Shown here: positions 52,425-64,000 of the stretch, piece after piece
How the letters are laid out: each line of letters opens with the position of its first letter
Position numbering within the stretch: position 1 is the stretch's first letter
Assembly (NCBI GenBank): GCA_041907025.1
Contig: JAYRIB010000004.1
Span: 1,223 to 65,222, forward strand
Length of the DNA stretch: 64,000 bases
DNA from: Candidatus Saccharimonadia bacterium
GTDB taxonomy: Bacteria > Patescibacteriota > Saccharimonadia > CAILAD01 > JADZBC01
Direction of reading: 5' to 3'
Position numbers and translations under genes: made by a program
The notes under the pieces: generated by a model
What the model saw: the letters and a program-made list of their open reading frames with translations, nothing else
The model's database searches: none
What the model was told of the DNA's origin: nothing

Positions 52425-55237
52425 TGAAGCTTTCCGTTAAAACACTCAATACTTACCTTAAGAAACCACTTACTACAGAGCGAGTAGTTGAGCTTCTGGG
52501 CCGCACTGAAGTTGAGATTGAAGAGGTTGTTTCAGCTAACACCTGGGACGAGAAGATCATTGCTGCCAAGGTCCAAGAGGTACGGCAGCATCCAGACGCT
52601 GATCGTTTACGCATAGCCACCGTTGATACTGGGTTGGAAACTGTAGAGATTGTCTGCGGTGCACCGAACTTGGCTCAGCACCAAGTTGTTGTCTTGGCGC
52701 AAGTTGGCGCCACATTGCCTGATGGTTTGCGGATCGAATCGGCTAAGCTTCGTGGAGTAACTTCGAATGGTATGCTGTGCTCGGCCAAAGAGCTTGGTAT
52801 TTCAGACGATCATGCTGGGATTATGGTGCTACCAGATGAAACACCACTTGGCGCAACATTGTGCGACATATGGCAAAAGGGCGACACCCTTGATATAAAG
52901 ACACCTGCAAACAGGTGGGATTATCTTAGTTTTGTTGGGCTGGCCAGGGAAGTGGCTGCTCAGGATGAGGGGAACGAGCTGGTAGAGCCACCAGTCGAGG
53001 AAATTACATATTGCGACACTGAACTTGTAAAAGTCAAGGAAAAGGGGGAATGTAGGCGATTCGTGAGCGTTAAGATGTCTGTGAATAACGCTGTGAAGTC
53101 CCCGCAGTGGCTTGTGGATAACTTAGAAGAGAATGGCCTGCGCAGCATTAGTCCTGTTGTAGACATTACCAACTTTGTCATGCTTGAGACTGGCCAGCCT
53201 TCGCACGCTTACGACGCCAAAAAGCTACACGGTGCGTTGCAGGTACGCTTTGGCTCCCCCACCGATAAACTTACAACATTAGATGGCGTGGTGCGCAACT
53301 TGGGTGTTGAGGATCTGGTGATAGCAGACGATAGTGGTGTAATAGCCTTGGCGGGCGTGATGGGCGGCGTGAGTACTGAAGTTGACGCCCAGACGACCGA
53401 GATCCTCTTGGAGGTTGCCAACTTTGACCGCACAAGGGTGCGTAAGGCGGCATTAAGACACGGTTTGCGCAGTGAAGCGTCGGCCCGGTTCGAGCGCTCA
53501 CTCCCTCTCCCCTTGCCTACTTTGGCAGCTAGTCGACTTATATCCTTACTTAAAGAAGTTGCTGAGGCAAAGGTGATTGACTCCCCTTGTGACCAGCTCT
53601 ATGGTTGGCCTTGGGTTCAGCAAATTGGCTTACGTTTACGCAAGGCGGAAAAGCTCTTAGGCACGCCGCTTGATGAAAAGCAGGTGATGAGTGGGCTCAA
53701 GCAGCTCGGATTTGAAGTTGAGCATTTTAGTATTACCAAGGAATCGCGCAAGCACCTAGGTAAGCCGTATATCTGGGGTGCAAATTTCCGAGAGCACGGC
53801 GAATCTGGCTTTGATTGTTCATACCTCATTGATCGCATCTATTCACGCATTGGTGTGCATGTTGGCCACGTGGCGCTTGGTCAATTCCACTTTGGGCGGC
53901 CAGTCGAGGTTGGTGACTTACGCCCAGGCGACGTGGTATTTTACGAAGGCTTAATTAAGAATTCACCAACCGATCACTACTATGTGGCCGACGGCCGCGG
54001 CGGTCACACTAAGATCGAACTTGACAAGCCTATGAAGGTGGGGCATAACGGCATATACATTGGCGACAACCGAGTAATAACTGCTATTCAGTATGAACGC
54101 AAAGGAGAAGACTGGGTTCCTCGGGCCGAGCAAGGCGTGATCGAGGTGCCATTAAGTGACTTCACCAACGACCCAACTTATCTGGGTGCTCGACGCTATG
54201 TTGAGAACTTTAATCATATTCTGGCTATCACAGCACCTTGGTGGAGGACGGATGTGCGCTTAGAAGAAGACATGATTGAGGAAATCGTGAAGATTATCGG
54301 CTATGATGCGATTCCAGCTGAACTACCTCCCCTGCCTCCAACCAACACGCGACCGCATCAACTACTTCCACGGATACTGGAGTTTAAAAAGGCATTGAGC
54401 GCTAGTGGTCTGCAAGAGATTGTGTCATATTCATTTATTAGCGAACGCTCGATTAAGCGCCTGCATCAGAATCCCCATGACTTTCTTGAGATCGCAAACC
54501 CGCTCAGCCGCGAACAGCAATTCTTGCGTCGATCAATGCTACCGAGTCACCTCGATATGGTCAGAAATAACCAGACGTATGCGAAGGAGTTTTTGTGCTT
54601 TGAGGTTGCTCGCACCTATCGGCCCACACAAGACGGCGCTTTGCCAAGCGAGATTTGGCAGCTGGGTATTACGGTGGTGGGTCCGCAGAGTACCCTGAGA
54701 CTTAAAAAAGTGTTCGATAATGTAGCTCAGTATTGTGGCGCCAACCTCGAGTACCAGCCAGTTGATGAGATGCCGTTTGTACCTGGCCGAAGGGCAATAG
54801 TTAAGCAGGAAGAAACTCACCTTGGTAGCTTTGGCCAGTTGAGTAAGCAAGTGCTTGCAGCGAGCGAGATTAGCGCAGAAGTTAGCTATGGCGAGCTGGA
54901 GCTGGGTGAGTTGCTCGGTAGTGAAACGCAACTACATGTTGCTGATCTGCCTGACTATCAGCTTGTAAGGCGTGATATTACGTTTAGCTGCCAATCAGGA
55001 GTGGCTTGGACAGATGTGTGCCGCCTTGTAGCTCAGTCTCAGGGTGTTATGAAGGTTGAGTATCTCGATCAGTATCAGGATGCAGCAATGCAGAAGGATC
55101 GTATTAAGCGTTTAAGTTTGCGTTTGTGGTTCGATCTTGGCGCCAACCCAACTGCTGAGGAGATCAAGAAGCGCCAGGATGCAGTTGAACGAACGCTGAC
55201 ATCGAGCGAAACACTGGGCAAAGTCACAATTAACTAG
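52424..55237 (+). CDS. pheT: phenylalanyl-tRNA synthetase beta subunit carrying an inserted NlpC/P60 domain
   Basis: N-terminal tRNA-binding domain, B3/B4, B5 (...LGTPLDEKQVMSGLKQLGFEVE / ITAPWWRTDVRLEEDMIEEIVKIIGYDAIP), core and C-terminal FDX domains. 937 aa against a typical length of about 800, owing to an insert of about 160 aa. Confidence 0.85.
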   Translation: MKLSVKTLNTYLKKPLTTERVVELLGRTEVEIEEVVSANTWDEKIIAAKVQEVRQHPDADRLRIATVDTGLETVEIVCGAPNLAQHQVVVLAQVGATLPDGLRIESAKLRGVTSNGMLCSAKELGISDDHAGIMVLPDETPLGATLCDIWQKGDTLDIKTPANRWDYLSFVGLAREVAAQDEGNELVEPPVEEITYCDTELVKVKEKGECRRFVSVKMSVNNAVKSPQWLVDNLEENGLRSISPVVDITNFVMLETGQPSHAYDAKKLHGALQVRFGSPTDKLTTLDGVVRNLGVEDLVIADDSGVIALAGVMGGVSTEVDAQTTEILLEVANFDRTRVRKAALRHGLRSEASARFERSLPLPLPTLAASRLISLLKEVAEAKVIDSPCDQLYGWPWVQQIGLRLRKAEKLLGTPLDEKQVMSGLKQLGFEVEHFSITKESRKHLGKPYIWGANFREHGESGFDCSYLIDRIYSRIGVHVGHVALGQFHFGRPVEVGDLRPGDVVFYEGLIKNSPTDHYYVADGRGGHTKIELDKPMKVGHNGIYIGDNRVITAIQYERKGEDWVPRAEQGVIEVPLSDFTNDPTYLGARRYVENFNHILAITAPWWRTDVRLEEDMIEEIVKIIGYDAIPAELPPLPPTNTRPHQLLPRILEFKKALSASGLQEIVSYSFISERSIKRLHQNPHDFLEIANPLSREQQFLRRSMLPSHLDMVRNNQTYAKEFLCFEVARTYRPTQDGALPSEIWQLGITVVGPQSTLRLKKVFDNVAQYCGANLEYQPVDEMPFVPGRRAIVKQEETHLGSFGQLSKQVLAASEISAEVSYGELELGELLGSETQLHVADLPDYQLVRRDITFSCQSGVAWTDVCRLVAQSQGVMKVEYLDQYQDAAMQKDRIKRLSLRLWFDLGANPTAEEIKKRQDAVERTLTSSETLGKVTIN

Positions 55238-55284
55238 CGATTCATTGGATAGGCCTCTATAATGAGTAACAAGACACAAGCATT

Positions 55285-56766
55285 ATGAGGCAAACCATTC
55301 ATCAGCCAGTAAAGACAACTAAGCTAAGTAGCCAGGCACAAGCCTGGGTAGTTGGCTACCTTCGTACGCTTGGGCTTATGGCGATTGGCGGAGTTGTGGC
55401 CTTTGCGGCTATTAATACCCTATTGTCAGCGTCACTTACTGGCGTGGTCTACCCAGGAGTGAAGGTGGCTGGTCAGAATGTGGCTTTCAAGACACGCGCG
55501 CAGGTGGTGTCTGAACTCAAAAAGCGTAAAGACCAACATACCTTGACGATTTACTTAGCCGACAAGACGTATGTGATGAAGAGCAGTGAGCTTGGCGCGA
55601 CACGAGACATTTCCGCTACGGTCGATGCGGCTTACGGCGTCGGGCGTGCTACTCCTTGGCCAATGATCGGTTTGCTCAGCTCAATACGCAGTGGACAGAC
55701 TGGATATGCCTATAACCTTAACTCGGCCCAGCTTAATAACTTTGTATCGAAAGTGCTTGGTGACATTGGTCGAGCACCCGTTAATGCCAAGGTGGAAGTG
55801 GTAGAAGGCAAGATGATTGCAGTAGCAGATCAAGATGGTGTGTCGCTTGATCAAAAGCAGCTCGCTCAGACGCTGCAAGAGGCCTTGGCTGAGGGTAGAG
55901 ATAGATCGGTCGAACTCCAGCCAGCCACAGTAAAGGCCGATATTCGGCTCTCGGACACTGAGCCCGTCATTAATCAAGCGAATCAGCTTGCTCAGTCTGA
56001 GCTGATACTGAACTACGAAGGCAAGGTGTATCGGCCATCACCAAGCGCAGTGGTTACTTGGCTGGTGTTCCCTACCAAAACGGGTCCTTCAGGTGCCACT
56101 TCTCTGGCTGTTGATATTGATGAGGCCAAGGTTCGTGGCTATGTCCAGTCAGTCGCTAACGAAATTAACATTACCCCAACTAATAAGAAGGTGACAATCA
56201 AAAACGGGGTCAGCACTGTTGACCAAGAAGGCAGAGATGGTTTGGCAATCAATCAGGAGCAGGCTACCGCAGGGCTGGTGGCGGCCTTGCGTAAGCAGGC
56301 AGGCGCCAACCTTACTATCGCAGCCTCGCCCGTGGCCTATAAGACAGAGTATAATCGGGTAACGACGCTCGACGTTGGTCGTTATATTGAGATCAACTTG
56401 AGCACGCAGCAGCTGTGGGTGTACCAGGATAGCCAGGTCATTTATTCCTCACCGATCACGAGTGGCGCTACAGGCATGGGCTTCCCTACGGTAACAGGAC
56501 TTTTTAGCATTTATTCGAAATCTACAAACATCTGGTTGGATGGCCGTGCTTATGGTGAGAATTATAACTACCGAGTCCTGGTGGATTATTGGATGCCCTT
56601 CCACGGCGGGTTTGGCCTACATGACGCCTGGCGCTGGCGAACATCATTTGGCGGTGCGGACTATTACTACAATGGTAGTCATGGCTGTGTCAACCTACCT
56701 CTTGCGACTGCTGCATTTATCTATAATTGGGCCGATATTGGTACGCCTGTCTGGGTCCACACCTAG
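55285..56766 (+). CDS. L,D-transpeptidase (YkuD domain) with N-terminal membrane anchor
   Basis: C-terminal YkuD catalytic motif FHGGFGLHDAWRWRTSFGGADYYYNGSHGCVNLP (H...GSHGC), with an N-terminal TM. Confidence 0.7.
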   Translation: MRQTIHQPVKTTKLSSQAQAWVVGYLRTLGLMAIGGVVAFAAINTLLSASLTGVVYPGVKVAGQNVAFKTRAQVVSELKKRKDQHTLTIYLADKTYVMKSSELGATRDISATVDAAYGVGRATPWPMIGLLSSIRSGQTGYAYNLNSAQLNNFVSKVLGDIGRAPVNAKVEVVEGKMIAVADQDGVSLDQKQLAQTLQEALAEGRDRSVELQPATVKADIRLSDTEPVINQANQLAQSELILNYEGKVYRPSPSAVVTWLVFPTKTGPSGATSLAVDIDEAKVRGYVQSVANEINITPTNKKVTIKNGVSTVDQEGRDGLAINQEQATAGLVAALRKQAGANLTIAASPVAYKTEYNRVTTLDVGRYIEINLSTQQLWVYQDSQVIYSSPITSGATGMGFPTVTGLFSIYSKSTNIWLDGRAYGENYNYRVLVDYWMPFHGGFGLHDAWRWRTSFGGADYYYNGSHGCVNLPLATAAFIYNWADIGTPVWVHT

Positions 56767-56836
56767 GATCCTGCTTATGGTTCTGGTTTGCGCACCGTAT
56801 TCTTGATATAATTCAATGAAAAGGTAAACGAACGTT

Positions 56837-57268
56837 ATGCAAGCCCAGGCCAACCCTAATCTTAATCCTGATACCCAGCCCCGTATGGCTACGGGCGAGC
56901 AAAGGAACACACCTGAGCGGCAGCTGGATCGTCCTCCTTCCCAGCAGCCTGAGCGGCAGGCAACGAGCCCAGCCGAAAAGGGTAGTCATCAGCCTTCGGG
57001 GTTGCCAACTCAGGCTGTCACTGCTCCTCAAGTGGCTAGCGTGGCTCAGCCAGTAGTTAGTGCGGCATCAGCGACAGTCGCTCCTTCCAGCCTGTCGGCC
57101 ACCGACGGTGGAAAACTTGAGAAGCCTTGGGTTGACCGCGCCGATGAGATTATTGAGAAGACTGCCCAAGACCCGTACGCGGAGGAAGAAGCACATGAGG
57201 AGCTCAGCGCACTTTATCTTAAACAGCGTTTCAACCTTGATATTAAAAGGAACAACCCGCAGCGCTAG
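56837..57268 (+). CDS. hypothetical protein with disordered Pro/Gln/Ser-rich N-terminus and helical C-terminus
   Basis: ORF immediately upstream of, and co-oriented with, the T4CP-like ATPase. No recognised motif. Confidence 0.35.
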   Translation: MQAQANPNLNPDTQPRMATGEQRNTPERQLDRPPSQQPERQATSPAEKGSHQPSGLPTQAVTAPQVASVAQPVVSAASATVAPSSLSATDGGKLEKPWVDRADEIIEKTAQDPYAEEEAHEELSALYLKQRFNLDIKRNNPQR

Positions 57269-57291
57269 CGGGTAAAACGGGCGGATACATA

Positions 57292-59808
57292 GTGGAAACA
57301 CAGAACCAGACATTCATTATTCTTGCCACACTACTAACTTTAGCATTTCTTGCTACGCTTGGGTTGGTAGCTTTCGTGATTTACCGGAAAATGGTTCGAC
57401 GCAATAAGGACATCGAGCGGAGCCTAAAAATGGTGCCGTTGCAGATCAAGCTCCCACCGGCCGAGGCGAGTGAATCGAGTAACCGAGATACCCGGGAGCT
57501 GTTTAAAGAAAACATCTCAAAAGCCGAGGGGGTCTTTAACTTGCTTTCGGGCATCACGGCAGATAAATCTCATCTTTACGGTAACCGTTATGTCAGCTTC
57601 GAGATTATTGCTGACGGCGCCATGATCTACTTCTACACCGCAGTGCCAGTCACGCTTTTGTCGACAGTCCAAAAGGCCCTGGTGTCGGGCTACCCGACCA
57701 TCCAGATTGAGCAGATCGATGATCCCAATATCTTTTCACAGACTAGTAAGCTGGCTGGGGTATCTGGTGGCGAGTTGGTACTGGCCAACGATTCCTACTT
57801 CCCTATAGCTACCTATAAGAGTCGTGATTCTGATCCGTTGGCTGGCATACTGAGTAGTCTTTCACGCTTGCAGCCGGGCGAGGGGGCTGGAATTCAAATT
57901 ATGATTCGCCCAGCTAAGCCTGTTTGGGCAAAGAATGCCAAGAAGAAAGCCAAGGACTTGCTAGACCCTGAGAAGATTGCCAAAGAGAAGTATACGACCA
58001 AGAAGTTGGTGCGGGATATTGCCATGGCGCCAATCAAGCAGCCTAAGTACTCCAAGAAGATGGAAGAAGGGACCTATAAACAGGACAACCAGCCAGACGC
58101 CATCAACCAGAAGATGAGTCAGTTGGTAGAGGAGAAGTACGCCGCGCCGGCTTTTGAAACGATGATCCGTATCCTGGTAAGCTCGGGCGATCAGCATCGT
58201 TCCAAGGCGATCGTTCAGGATATGCTCACTGGTTTTGCGCAACTTGCGCTGCCAAACTCCAACCAGTTTAAGTTTAAGCCTGCACCATCGGCCGAGAAGC
58301 TAGCGACCGACTTCATCTTCCGCTTTTTTCCGGCAAGTAAGTCGTCGACGGTGCTAAATTCCACTGAACTTGCAGGAATCTTCCACTTCCCTGGTGAGGA
58401 TATGCAGGTGTCCACACCTGTTATTCGCAAAGGAATGCGCGAGGTACCAGCCCCAGCCGACATGCCAGCCGACGGACTTATACTGGGTAGCAATGTCTAC
58501 CGTGGTCAAGAAACAGTAGTGCGTTTGCTGGACGATGATCGACGGCGTCACGTTTATATTATCGGTCAAACTGGTACCGGTAAGTCAGTTTTCTTAGAAA
58601 ACTGTATCGTGCAGGACATGCATATGGGCAAGGGACTATGCTTCTTGGATCCCCATGGCGACACAGCCGAGAAGCTCATGGCCAAAGTGCCGCCCCATCG
58701 GCTCAAGGACGTTATCTACTTTAACCCGGGTGACATTGATTACCCGCTTGGTTTTAATATCCTCGAGTTTGACCCCGCGCATCCGGAGCAGAAGGACTTC
58801 CTTATTCAGGAGGCGATTAGTATGTTCTATAAGCTCTATGACCCAAAAGGTCAGGGCATTGTCGGGCCAATGTTTGTTGATTGGTTCCGCAATGCTGCTC
58901 TTACCGTTATGTCCGACCCAGCTGGCGGTACGATGATTGAGGTGCCTAAGTTGTTTACGAATGATGACTTTTTAAAGCAGAAGTTTAGGCACGTGGCCGA
59001 TCCGGTGGTGCAAGAGTTCTGGACCGGACAGATGGCGCAGACCAGCGAGCACACTAAGAGTGAAATGCTTGGTTACTTTACGTCTAAGTTTGGCGACTTT
59101 GCCAATAATGAGATAATGCGTAACATTATTGGTCAGAAGAAGTCGTCCTTTAGCTTGCGTGACATCATGGACGGTAAGAAGATCCTATTTGTGAACCTGT
59201 CCAAAGGTTTGCTTGGCGACATGAACTCTAAGTTGCTCGGCATTATTTTCATTATTAAATTCCAGATGGCCGCTATGAGCCGAGCCGATACGCCCGAAGA
59301 TCAGCGTCAAGACTTTAGTCTCTACATTGATGAGTTTCAAAACTATGCCACTGATTCAATTGCCACGATTCTGTCTGAAGCTCGCAAATATCGCTTGAAC
59401 ATGATTATGGCAAACCAGTTTATCTCCCAGCTTGAGGAGCCGATTCGTGATGCGGTCTTTGGTAACGTTGGTAACATGATTGGCTTTCGGGTTGGCCCAG
59501 AGGACGCTGAGTTTATGGCCAAGCAGTTCGCGCCTGCTTTTGATAAAGATGACATTATTAATACGCCCAACTTGTACGCGGCGGCTCGTCTGATTAGCCG
59601 TGGTGCCGTTACGCCGCCTTTTTCGCTCAAAGAAATATTCCCACCGATTGGGGTGGCCAACCCGCAGCTCTATGATCAAATGGTACAGCTCTCGCGTCAG
59701 CAATTCGCCCGCCCGAAGGCCGATGTGGCCGCCGAGATAGCTCATAGTTTGGCAGTTGTGCCCTCGACACCGCAGGCAAAGCCAGGCACCTCCGTAGTAA
59801 ACCGCTAG
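57292..59808 (+). CDS. VirD4/TraG/TraD-like type IV coupling-protein-family ATPase with N-terminal TM and a long N-terminal extension
   Basis: Walker A YIIGQTGTGKS; FLDPHGD; C-terminal LYIDEFQNYATDSIATILSEARKYRLNMIMANQFISQL matches the TraG-D_C (DEF...RKYG....QS.SQL) signature. Confidence 0.5.
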   Translation: METQNQTFIILATLLTLAFLATLGLVAFVIYRKMVRRNKDIERSLKMVPLQIKLPPAEASESSNRDTRELFKENISKAEGVFNLLSGITADKSHLYGNRYVSFEIIADGAMIYFYTAVPVTLLSTVQKALVSGYPTIQIEQIDDPNIFSQTSKLAGVSGGELVLANDSYFPIATYKSRDSDPLAGILSSLSRLQPGEGAGIQIMIRPAKPVWAKNAKKKAKDLLDPEKIAKEKYTTKKLVRDIAMAPIKQPKYSKKMEEGTYKQDNQPDAINQKMSQLVEEKYAAPAFETMIRILVSSGDQHRSKAIVQDMLTGFAQLALPNSNQFKFKPAPSAEKLATDFIFRFFPASKSSTVLNSTELAGIFHFPGEDMQVSTPVIRKGMREVPAPADMPADGLILGSNVYRGQETVVRLLDDDRRRHVYIIGQTGTGKSVFLENCIVQDMHMGKGLCFLDPHGDTAEKLMAKVPPHRLKDVIYFNPGDIDYPLGFNILEFDPAHPEQKDFLIQEAISMFYKLYDPKGQGIVGPMFVDWFRNAALTVMSDPAGGTMIEVPKLFTNDDFLKQKFRHVADPVVQEFWTGQMAQTSEHTKSEMLGYFTSKFGDFANNEIMRNIIGQKKSSFSLRDIMDGKKILFVNLSKGLLGDMNSKLLGIIFIIKFQMAAMSRADTPEDQRQDFSLYIDEFQNYATDSIATILSEARKYRLNMIMANQFISQLEEPIRDAVFGNVGNMIGFRVGPEDAEFMAKQFAPAFDKDDIINTPNLYAAARLISRGAVTPPFSLKEIFPPIGVANPQLYDQMVQLSRQQFARPKADVAAEIAHSLAVVPSTPQAKPGTSVVNR

Positions 59809-59908
59809 CGCTTATGGTCTAGAGGACTTGCCCGTCCTTGAACAGGTGGGGTATACTAGGGAGTATCTGTTGTCAGCTTGGCTGGCACGTAATAAAAGTG
59901 AGGGTTAA

Positions 59909-62005
<2,097 letters not shown>

Positions 62006-62012
62006 GAGCATC

Positions 62013-64000
62013 ATGGCAGATACAACCGACAAGCAAGCTAAAGAACCCCAGATGACGCCCGAAGAGCAAACAAACCAGGCGATGATTGAGAGTGGTATTG
62101 GCCAGGTAGAATTCCGCACCATTGAAACGGAAATGGAGAAGAGCTACCTCGACTATTCCATGAGTGTCATCGTTTCACGCGCGTTGCCTGATGTGCGTGA
62201 CGGGCTCAAGCCAGTGCACCGACGTATACTTTTCGTAATGAACAACCTTGGTCTGCGCCACGGTTCTAAGTTCCGCAAGAGCGCCACCGTGGTTGGTGAT
62301 GTGATGGGTAGCTATCACCCTCACGGCGATAGCGCAATCTACGACGCCATGGCTCGTATGGCGCAAGACTTTTCGATGCGCTACATGCTGGTTGATGGTC
62401 AAGGTAACTTTGGTTCGATTGACGGTGACTCGCCAGCCGCCATGCGTTATACCGAAGCTCGCATGCAGAAGCTCACCGAGGAGTTGTTGGTCGACATCGA
62501 CAAAGACACCGTGGACTTTAGACCCAACTACGATGGTAATAAGCGTGAGCCATCAGTCCTGCCAGCTAAATTACCAAACTTACTCTTAAACGGTGTACAG
62601 GGTATTGCCGTTGGTATGGCAACTAATATCCCGCCTCACAATCTAACCGAAATCGTCGATGCCGTAATCCATATTATCGACAACCCCGAAGCTACCGTCG
62701 CCGATCTCATTGGTATCGTGACGGGTCCAGACTTCCCGGGTGGGGGGATTATCTTTGACGACGGCGGCATAGCTCAGGCCTACGGCACGGGCAAGGGTAG
62801 TATTGTGATGCGGGCTGATGCTGAGATTGAAGAAGATAAAAAAGGCCGCCAGCGTATTGTAGTTACCTCAATCCCATTCCAGGTGAACAAGTCTACCCTA
62901 GTGACCAAGATTGCCGACCTGTATCACGAGAAGAAGCTGATTGGTATCTCTGACGTACGCGATGAATCATCAGACCGTGTCGGCGTGCGCATTATCATTG
63001 AGCTCAAGAAAGACGCTTACGCTCAGAAGCTCCTAAACCAACTCTTTCGCTTAACGCCCCTGCAAACTACCTTCCACGTTAATATGCTCGCCTTGGTGAA
63101 TGGTATTCAGCCGCGCGTGCTCAACCTTGAGATGGTCTTGCGTCATTACCTTGACCACCGCAAGATCGTGGTGCGTCGTCGCACTGAGTTTGAGCTGCGC
63201 AAAGCGCAGGCCAGAGCGCACATTCTAGAGGGCTTACGTATTGCCCTTGATCAGATCGATAAGGTTATTTCGACCATCCGGGCGAGCTCGACCAAAGAAG
63301 AAGCCCTTGCCAACTTAATTAAGAACTTTAAGTTGACCGAGATTCAAGCTAAAGCTATTCTCGACATGCAACTGCGGACCCTGGCTGGCTTGGAACGCAA
63401 AAGGATTGAAGATGAGTACAACGCACTCATGTTGTTAATCAAAGAGCTCGAGACCATCCTGAGCGACGAGGCCAACATCCTTAAAGTTATTCGTGAAGAG
63501 CTGGTTGAGCTTAAAGAAAAGCATGGCGACAAACGCCGAACTAAGGTTGTGAAATCAGCTATTGGTAAGTTCTCGGATGAAGATTTGATCCCGAACGAAG
63601 AAGTGATTATTACCTTGACGACTGGTAACTACATTAAGCGCATGCCATCAAATACCTATACGGCGCAAGCGCGTGGCGGTAAAGGTAAAATCGGTATGGC
63701 CACCAAGGAAGAGGACGTGGTAGAGCACATGGTGCAGACGAATAACCACGATACCATCCTGTTCTTTACCTCGCTCGGGCGGGCCTTTAAGCTGAAAGCG
63801 CACGAGGTGCCAGCTTCATCCCGTACTGCTAAAGGCCAGGCGATCGTTAATTTACTGAATCTGAGTCCAGACGAGCGTGTCACTTCCTTGCTGACGATTG
63901 AGAAGGACAATGCCTCCAAGTTCCTGTTTATGACCACCAAGAACGGGGTAATCAAGAAGACAGCGATTACTGAGTATCAGAATGTCCGAGCCAGTGGACT
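62013..64000 (+). CDS. gyrA: DNA gyrase subunit A (3'-truncated by the window end)
   Basis: MADTTD...[27 protein letters not shown]... with the active-site region [15 protein letters not shown] lies 4 nt upstream; no stop codon before the window end. Confidence 0.9.
   Translation, partial: MADTTDKQAKEPQMTPEEQTNQAMIESGIGQVEFRTIETEMEKSYLDYSMSVIVSRALPDVRDGLKPVHRRILFVMNNLGLRHGSKFRKSATVVGDVMGSYHPHGDSAIYDAMARMAQDFSMRYMLVDGQGNFGSIDGDSPAAMRYTEARMQKLTEELLVDIDKDTVDFRPNYDGNKREPSVLPAKLPNLLLNGVQGIAVGMATNIPPHNLTEIVDAVIHIIDNPEATVADLIGIVTGPDFPGGGIIFDDGGIAQAYGTGKGSIVMRADAEIEEDKKGRQRIVVTSIPFQVNKSTLVTKIADLYHEKKLIGISDVRDESSDRVGVRIIIELKKDAYAQKLLNQLFRLTPLQTTFHVNMLALVNGIQPRVLNLEMVLRHYLDHRKIVVRRRTEFELRKAQARAHILEGLRIALDQIDKVISTIRASSTKEEALANLIKNFKLTEIQAKAILDMQLRTLAGLERKRIEDEYNALMLLIKELETILSDEANILKVIREELVELKEKHGDKRRTKVVKSAIGKFSDEDLIPNEEVIITLTTGNYIKRMPSNTYTAQARGGKGKIGMATKEEDVVEHMVQTNNHDTILFFTSLGRAFKLKAHEVPASSRTAKGQAIVNLLNLSPDERVTSLLTIEKDNASKFLFMTTKNGVIKKTAITEYQNVRASG

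Noticed and set aside
53735-54225. Intein or mobile-intron explanation for the pheT insert
   Set aside because: No Cys/Ser-...-HN splice-junction residues or homing-endonuclease motifs are present. The segment aligns motif for motif to NlpC/P60 instead.

Overview
This window is gene-dense, about 50% GC, and bacterial. Most of it is housekeeping: dinB, thrS, miaA, rpmB, uppP, rnhA, infC-rpmI-rplT, comM, smpB, argS, rmuC, trpS, pheST and gyrBA. Structural RNAs are present: tRNA-Val, tRNA-Pro, RNase P RNA and tmRNA. There are two cell-envelope glycan loci (a WbaP-like priming transferase plus GT4, and a GalT-like gene plus two GT4 genes), and a 1711-aa NHL-repeat/Ig-like surface protein. The gene content and small-genome character suggest a Saccharibacteria/CPR-like or other reduced Gram-positive-type lineage; this is inference only. 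The observations most worth follow-up are: (1) pheT carries an in-frame NlpC/P60 cysteine-peptidase domain of about 160 aa, inserted inside its B5 domain. (2) Two roughly 1-kb patches of about 65% GC with very high third-position GC lie just downstream of tmRNA and interleave with a native low-GC gene; they encode a TauD-like dioxygenase plus a Zn-ribbon phosphoribosyltransferase (PRTase), and a PlsC-type acyltransferase. Horizontal acquisition from a high-GC, actinobacterial-type donor is likely, but assembly chimerism must be excluded. (3) An 830-bp ORF-free interval between trpS and pheS has a near-consensus sigma70 promoter and an intrinsic terminator, so it is a candidate ncRNA of about 500 nt. 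(4) infC, and probably miaA, start at AUA codons. (5) The giant surface protein ends in a TM helix plus an orphan HisKA-like H-box with no ATPase domain. (6) A VirD4/TraG-like coupling ATPase is present. No CRISPR array, integrase or transposase was seen.
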